Positions 48,047 through 53,627 of a DNA stretch of 53,627 bases are shown in pieces. Both the position numbers and the translations under genes were made by a program. The stretch spans positions 1 through 53,627 of the forward strand of contig DASZXN010000443.1 of NCBI GenBank assembly GCA_035545875.1, read 5' to 3'. The first letter of the stretch is position 1, and the number at the start of each line of letters is the position of its first letter. The stretch comes from Phototrophicaceae bacterium (GTDB lineage Bacteria; Chloroflexota; Anaerolineae; Aggregatilineales; Phototrophicaceae). Under the pieces are notes generated by a model. It was not told the origin of the DNA, ran no database searches, and saw only the letters and a program-made list of their open reading frames with translations.

Positions 48047-49192
48047 CTACGCGGAAGGGACGGTCGCGCGATATAGCTTACCTAAGCGCTCAAACACCAC
48101 TTCCGGCGCGTATTGTTCGCGGAACAAAGCCTGATTAGCATCTCCCATCGCGCGACAGATGTTGGGATGCTGCGCTAACCAGACGATATGTTGTGCCAAA
48201 GCTGAATAGTCGCCGGGGGTAACAAACAGACAGTTACGACCGGATTCGAGAACTTCAGCCAGCGCCCCTACCGGCGTCACAATCAAGGCCAGCCCTGCGG
48301 CCAGCGCTTCCAGCACGACAATAGGAAAATTCTCGGCGTAGGACGGCAGAATCAGGACGTTGGACTCACGCAGCAGGCGAACTTTTGCCGTTCCTGTGAC
48401 CAGCCCCGCGAAACGGAGGTTATCCGTTCCCGCAGGCCGCTCCTGCGCTTCCCGGATCAGTCCCTGCACAGCGCCAGCTTCCGGCGGCCCCGCCAATATA
48501 AACTGGATTTCCGGCTGCTGCTGGCGCACCAGCGCCGCCGCTTTCAGAATATCCGGCACGCCTTTTCGCTCGCCCAGGCTGCCCAAAAACAGCACCTGAA
48601 ATCGCGGGTCAGCCCGTTCAGGTCGTTCGATGCAAGCCCGTGCCGCAATATCATTGGTGACCGTGTTCGGCAGGACGACAATCTTGAGATCAGGAGCGAT
48701 GAGCTGGCGCAGCGTTGCTTCCCAGCCTTCCGACAGCGCGATGATCACGTTGGGCAGGCGCATCGCGCGGCGCACCAACCAGCGCATCTCTGGACGTGGG
48801 TGACTCGCCAGCGCCACGAACCCATTCCCATGCAGATGACCGATCACACGTACTCCGAAAATACGCGCCAATCCCATAAAGGCTGATTCCTTGAAGAAGG
48901 CGATTCCATCGGTGATCGGCTCGTGCATGATCTGTGGTCGCCAGCCGATGATCAGGATCAGCAGTTGGACGAGCTGTTGAGCGAACAGCAGCAGGTTAAT
49001 CGGCGCAAAGCGTCCAATCTGCCGCGCATACTGTGGCGGTCGAGACGTATCCAGATGGCGCAAACAGAATTGCTCGCGCAGCGGAGAGTTCAGCAGGATT
49101 TCGTTGAACATGCCGACGCCGCCCGGCTGACGCATTGTTGGCCCGACGACGAGCACGCGCAGGCGCCTGGGTGGGTGCTGAGATGAGCGCAT
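48047..49192 (-). CDS. GT4 family glycosyltransferase
   Basis: KG and ENFPIVVLEA motifs. Confidence 0.9.
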   Translation of the reverse strand: MRSSQHPPRRLRVLVVGPTMRQPGGVGMFNEILLNSPLREQFCLRHLDTSRPPQYARQIGRFAPINLLLFAQQLVQLLILIIGWRPQIMHEPITDGIAFFKESAFMGLARIFGVRVIGHLHGNGFVALASHPRPEMRWLVRRAMRLPNVIIALSEGWEATLRQLIAPDLKIVVLPNTVTNDIAARACIERPERADPRFQVLFLGSLGERKGVPDILKAAALVRQQQPEIQFILAGPPEAGAVQGLIREAQERPAGTDNLRFAGLVTGTAKVRLLRESNVLILPSYAENFPIVVLEALAAGLALIVTPVGALAEVLESGRNCLFVTPGDYSALAQHIVWLAQHPNICRAMGDANQALFREQYAPEVVFERLGKLYRATVPSA

Positions 49193-49210
49193 CGTGTTTC
49201 CCCTGCTCGG

Positions 49211-50746
49211 TCAAAACGGATTCGAGTGCCGCTTCAACCGATAGACCAGCCGGATCAGCAGTTCGGACGGTAATCCGGCAATGTCCGGCCAGCGGCGCGG
49301 CACAGCCTGAGCGAACTTTTGCATCCAGCCAGCGAGTCCGGCCTTCGGAACGAATTGATAGTGCGCTCCTGGAGAGTGGTTGCGGAGTGCCCTCTGCAAA
49401 CCAACGGTGTCGGCAAGGGGATCGAGCGCTAGCAGTACCGAGTCAGGCAGGACATCCGGCGCAATGGCGAAATCCGCTTCCCGGCAGTCCGTCGTCAGCG
49501 CAGGTATACGTCCAAGCTGTTCCAGACCCGCATAGAGCGCAGCAATTCGGGCATAATATGGCGTCGAGTCCGACCACCCTTCCCGCTTGCGCATCTCCGG
49601 GCTGCTCTGATCGATGCGAACAATGTCAGCCGCGATACAGGCATCAGAAGCGCTTACAGGTGGTTTGCCCAGCCAGGATGCCAGTGTGATCGGTTGCAGA
49701 CCACGTATTTCGATCAGGTAGCGCAGCAGCGCTTCCAAATCGGGCAGGTGCCGCCGATTACCGTCGCGGAACGGGTGCATCAGAATGGTGATATGCCCTG
49801 CGCTTTCTTTTGCCGTACTGCGCGCGCGCATCAGCGCCGAATCGACGATCAACCGTGTCGCGAACCAGGGTGTATTGTAGGTTTCGACCGGAATCGGCAC
49901 GAGCCAGAGCGAACCCTCGCGTGTGCGCAGGCGCAGCGGCTGCGTCGATGGGCGTAAGTAGGCAAATGGGCGATAGACGTGCTGCGCGAACGTGACGCAG
50001 TATTGGATGCCCAGCGCCGCCAAAGCGCGCAGGGTGTCGGCGTCCGCGCGAAAGATGAAATTCGCGCCGGTCACTGGAAAAAACTTCCGAAATTCGGCGA
50101 GGTGATCTTCCAGATGAGCATATTGTTCACGGTAGGCCAATCCCGCCAGCGGCTCGTGATAAGCGCCATGAATGCCGATCTCGTGCCCACGCTCGACCAG
50201 TGCGGGGAGCAAATCGGGATAAATGTGCTGCACAAAACCCGTTGCGAAAAAAGTCGCTTTCACACCATATTCGTCGAGCAGCGGGAGGATGCGCGGTAGT
50301 CCAAAGCGGACGCCGCCGAGCTGCTCCGTATCAAAAACCAGCGTGAACGTATCATGCTGCGCTGAAGGGGTCAGCGCGATTAAATTCGTCTGCGCAGGCA
50401 GAGGCAAGGCAGCCGGAATATGAGCGAGATCGGCACTGAGCTGCTGCGCTTGAGCGGGAGCTTCATCGGTGTCAATGCCGCTGAACGACGAATAGCCGGT
50501 TTGCAATCTGCGGATCAGCGGCCCAAGCGCCGGTCGGGAGTAAACTTGATCGTTGCGCCCGTAGAACGTGAACTGGACAGACTCCGCTTTGGCTAACTGG
50601 ACGATGGCCTCAGTCTCTTCCTCAAGGTGCTCGAAATTGACTTCGCGCACGATCAGCCGATCAAACCCCGGTAGATGCAGCGACCGGACGGCTCCTGCAT
50701 CCTGATCACGCGGGTCGAGCAGCACGAGCGCAGTTTTCTCGTTCAT
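49211..50746 (-). CDS. Polysaccharide deacetylase (CE4/NodB-like) with unknown flanking domains
   Basis: LVFDTE, VKATFF, HEIGIHGAYH, LMHP motifs. Confidence 0.8.
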   Translation of the reverse strand: MNEKTALVLLDPRDQDAGAVRSLHLPGFDRLIVREVNFEHLEEETEAIVQLAKAESVQFTFYGRNDQVYSRPALGPLIRRLQTGYSSFSGIDTDEAPAQAQQLSADLAHIPAALPLPAQTNLIALTPSAQHDTFTLVFDTEQLGGVRFGLPRILPLLDEYGVKATFFATGFVQHIYPDLLPALVERGHEIGIHGAYHEPLAGLAYREQYAHLEDHLAEFRKFFPVTGANFIFRADADTLRALAALGIQYCVTFAQHVYRPFAYLRPSTQPLRLRTREGSLWLVPIPVETYNTPWFATRLIVDSALMRARSTAKESAGHITILMHPFRDGNRRHLPDLEALLRYLIEIRGLQPITLASWLGKPPVSASDACIAADIVRIDQSSPEMRKREGWSDSTPYYARIAALYAGLEQLGRIPALTTDCREADFAIAPDVLPDSVLLALDPLADTVGLQRALRNHSPGAHYQFVPKAGLAGWMQKFAQAVPRRWPDIAGLPSELLIRLVYRLKRHSNPF

Positions 50747-50749
50747 ACG

Positions 50750-51904
50750 TCACCGCACTTCCGGCAGCTTATGGCTCGAAGCGCTAACCGACGCGCGCGG
50801 CTGCCCGCACAAGCGCTCCAATACCTGAAGATACTGAGCGGCAATGACCTCCCAGTTGAAGGTGGACTCAGCCAAACTGCGCGCCCGCTGCCCCATCTGG
50901 ATACGCTGATTCGCATCCCAGTCCAGCGCTTCATGCAACGCCTGATTGAAGCCAGCGGCAGTCGGCGCGCAAATCAAACCACACTGATGCTCCCGCACAT
51001 AAGTCGCGCAGTCATCAACATCGGTGACGATCACAGGACGACCCAGCGCCAGATACTCAGCGAATTTACTCGGCAGACCGCCCTGCATCGCGGGATGCGC
51101 CGTTCGCGGGATGACCAGAACATGCGCTGACGTTAAATGCCCCGGCAGTTGATCGGGCGGAACGCGGTCTTCAAGCGTCACGCGGCTGCCCAGGCGTCGA
51201 GCAAGCGCATTCTTCAGAGCAACATCTGCCGGGTTATCCGGCGCAAAGCCGATCAGGTGAAGGTGCGCACAATCCGATTCCAGGTACTCGAAAGCGTCAA
51301 TCAGAATGTCGATGCTCTGCCACGCCTGGAAGCTGCCCGCGTAGGCAAAACACAGCCGTTTGCCTGCGGGCGGTTCAGCGCGAAACAGGTTCAGGTCAAC
51401 GCCGTTCGGTACAACCACGACGCGATCTGGTGCCGCCCCACGCCTCACGGCGCGCGCTCGGAACGCTTCAGAAACGACCAGCGTTAAGTCGGCTCGCCTC
51501 GCGGCAAGCGGCGTTAGCGCACTGGCTTGCAGCAGGAGAAAAGCACGCCGCATACTATGATCCGACTGCCACTCCATCGCGGTTTCCAACGGTTCATCGC
51601 CCTGCATATCAAAAATCACCGGACGCCGATGCGCCCCTTGCGCGACGCAAGCCGCGACGGTCGCTCCCGCGCCAGCGGCGTGAATGATGTCATAACCCTG
51701 CCCGATTCGACCAATCGCTGCCGCATTGAGCGCGAACAGCGCGTGAGGACGATGGAAACGCAGGGTTCGCAAGGACAGGACATCGGTCTCGACACCTTGC
51801 CGTTCCAGCGCTTCACGAATACCTGCGATGCGCGTAGTGTAGGCATCAGCGCCCTGGTTATCTGCCGGTATACGGTCGATCAGGAAGAGAATCCGCATTG
51901 ACAT
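50750..51904 (-). CDS. GT4 family glycosyltransferase
   Basis: PNGVD, YAGS, PSKFAEYLALGRP; start 51904 or 51898. Confidence 0.9.
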   Translation of the reverse strand: MSMRILFLIDRIPADNQGADAYTTRIAGIREALERQGVETDVLSLRTLRFHRPHALFALNAAAIGRIGQGYDIIHAAGAGATVAACVAQGAHRRPVIFDMQGDEPLETAMEWQSDHSMRRAFLLLQASALTPLAARRADLTLVVSEAFRARAVRRGAAPDRVVVVPNGVDLNLFRAEPPAGKRLCFAYAGSFQAWQSIDILIDAFEYLESDCAHLHLIGFAPDNPADVALKNALARRLGSRVTLEDRVPPDQLPGHLTSAHVLVIPRTAHPAMQGGLPSKFAEYLALGRPVIVTDVDDCATYVREHQCGLICAPTAAGFNQALHEALDWDANQRIQMGQRARSLAESTFNWEVIAAQYLQVLERLCGQPRASVSASSHKLPEVR

Positions 51905-53208
51905 TAGCTCCCAACCATATCGGTCGTGGGTTGACCAAACGAATCGTTTGTCACCGTAGCGACAAAGCGCGCAAGCTGCTTTCCAAGCTGATGCCAATCA
52001 CGTGCCCGCGCATATGCCTGTCCTGCGCAGCGCAGTTCAGTCAGTCTCGCCGGGTCAGCCAGCAGGCCGCAGACGGCACTGGCGAAAGCTTCGGGCGTGA
52101 ACTCGACGTGCAGCCCAGCCTTCGATTCTTCGATAATCAGCGCTGTTTCTCCACCACCAGAAGCGATCACAGGCAGTCCAGCCGCCATATACTCCACCAC
52201 TTTAAGCGGCGAAGCGTATTGACGAAAAGCGTCAGCGCGCGATGTCGCCAGACCGATGTCCGCCTTGTGCAGCACCTTCGGCAAATCATCGTAAGGGACG
52301 TGTCCAACGAAACGAACCGCCGCCTGAACGTTCAGTTCGTCGGCTAACTCGCGCAGCCTGGCTTCATCTTTGCCTGAGCCGACGATCCATAATTCCACGT
52401 CGGGATACTCGCGGTGAATGAGCGGCAGCGCACGAATAGCAAGGTCGATACCCCAGCGCCAATCGAGGCTGCCGGAATAGATCAGGCGCGGCGGGTGTGC
52501 AGGTTCCGCAACCTCTGAAGGCTGGAAGCGGGCGTACTCGACCCCATTCGGAATGGTGATCACGCGGCGCGCCCCCTGTTCCCGACGCAGACCCGCCAGC
52601 GGGCGGCTGACCGAGACAACCGCGTCCGCCGTGCGCAGACAAAGCCGCTCACGTTGAGCCACCAGCGCTGACCAGGGTCGGCCAACGTAGGCCGGAAAGT
52701 AGTCCCAGTCGTTGTAAATCAGACTGTGAACACGTCCGCTCCGTTTGAGCAGCGTTGCCAGCAGCGCATTGTCAGGATGCGCGACGATAGCCGCGACGTA
52801 ATCTGGTGCCAGCACGCCGCGTAACAGCGCATAAATCCACAGGTCTTGCAGCATCATATCCAGCACGGTGAGCGGCAGATGCAGTCGCCGCAGCGTGATG
52901 TGCCGGACAGTGCCCTCCGTCGTGATGCGCGTATGGTCGGTGAACAAATTGTGTAACCCGCGCCTCATGCGCTGCATAGCTGGCGCGGGCGAGCCGCCGT
53001 AAAAATTCACATAACCGACCACATCCATCGCTTCAACGCAGGAAGCCAGATGGATCGGCAGATGACGCGCTGGACTATTCAGACGATGCGCCAGATTAAT
53101 CCCCGCGACAAACAGATACCGCCCCGGCAAGCGGAAGGCATCAGCCGTTTCAAGTTCGGAACTATCACCGAGCGAAGTCAACCTAGTGGGAGCCGGAGGC
53201 GACATCAT
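51904..53208 (-). CDS. GT4 family glycosyltransferase
   Basis: PNGVE, YSGSL, PLKVVEYMAAGLP motifs. Confidence 0.9.
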   Translation of the reverse strand: MMSPPAPTRLTSLGDSSELETADAFRLPGRYLFVAGINLAHRLNSPARHLPIHLASCVEAMDVVGYVNFYGGSPAPAMQRMRRGLHNLFTDHTRITTEGTVRHITLRRLHLPLTVLDMMLQDLWIYALLRGVLAPDYVAAIVAHPDNALLATLLKRSGRVHSLIYNDWDYFPAYVGRPWSALVAQRERLCLRTADAVVSVSRPLAGLRREQGARRVITIPNGVEYARFQPSEVAEPAHPPRLIYSGSLDWRWGIDLAIRALPLIHREYPDVELWIVGSGKDEARLRELADELNVQAAVRFVGHVPYDDLPKVLHKADIGLATSRADAFRQYASPLKVVEYMAAGLPVIASGGGETALIIEESKAGLHVEFTPEAFASAVCGLLADPARLTELRCAGQAYARARDWHQLGKQLARFVATVTNDSFGQPTTDMVGS

Positions 53209-53627
53209 ACGGCACCTCGTTTCGAATGCACGGATGCGACAGACTCCAGTTCCTGCACCAGCGCCGCCGTGAGTACCGCGCGGTCGTAACTTTGCACGCC
53301 TGCGCGCGATATACGCACCGGCTTGTTTGCTGCAAATTCGCGGCAGTAGTACATCAGTGCATTGGCGATGCCCTGCACGTCGTCCAACGCTAGCAGCTTT
53401 CCCAGTTGATGCTGTTCGACCAGTTTTTGCGCCGCGCGCGAGTAACCCAGCACCAGAATTGGCGCTCCGCCGATTGCCCAGTACTCATAGAGCTTGCCGG
53501 GAACCATCGCCGAGAAGCCCTCGAAGTTAATTGCCAGCAGCAGTCCAGCTTTCCGAAGCTCTGCCGCGAACACGTCCGGGTGCCGCAGATGACCGGTTTC
53601 TTCTACGCTGGCGCTCAGGTCAAGCCG
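53205..53627 (-). CDS. Glycosyltransferase (GT4-like), C-terminal part; gene begins beyond the window end
   Basis: PGKLYEY motif; reading frame open to the window edge. Confidence 0.8.
   Translation of the reverse strand, partial: RLDLSASVEETGHLRHPDVFAAELRKAGLLLAINFEGFSAMVPGKLYEYWAIGGAPILVLGYSRAAQKLVEQHQLGKLLALDDVQGIANALMYYCREFAANKPVRISRAGVQSYDRAVLTAALVQELESVASVHSKRGAV

Overview
53.6 kb bacterial chromosome segment. The gene set suggests Chloroflexota/Anaerolineae, but that is inference only. From left to right: (1) a small hypothetical gene and htpG; (2) a 0.5 kb intergenic nest of small mobile DNA, including a 162-bp MITE with perfect 18-bp TIRs and a 10-bp target duplication, a second inverted-repeat element inside a REP-like hairpin, and GTAG-type REP palindromes; (3) an accessory block with ParB-like and DinB proteins, a PAS-GAF kinase with NarL regulator, a pseudo-receiver, an ABC-2 exporter, CrtB-like/CrtI, a GNAT and two PPOX-class F420 proteins; (4) a ~26 kb central-metabolism island. 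The island holds three different phosphofructokinase homologues in tandem (PPi-type, catalytically degenerate, and a 760-aa eukaryote-type duplicated enzyme), a DHOD-like flavoprotein, divergent fbaB with a sugar ABC importer, a membrane-bound group 4 [NiFe]-hydrogenase with mixed Mbh-like and complex-I-like subunits, and a convergent group 3b hydrogenase operon with hypAB. Rex-like and DosR/NarL-like boxes occur in both divergent promoters. (5) A 952-aa secreted Thr/Pro-repeat protein, a WbpB/D/E-like plus amidotransferase sugar operon, and a convergent glycosyltransferase/deacetylase operon. No rRNA, tRNA, CRISPR array or transposase gene was seen. The best candidates for something undescribed are the triple-PFK locus with its pseudo-enzyme and the glycolysis plus dual-hydrogenase island.
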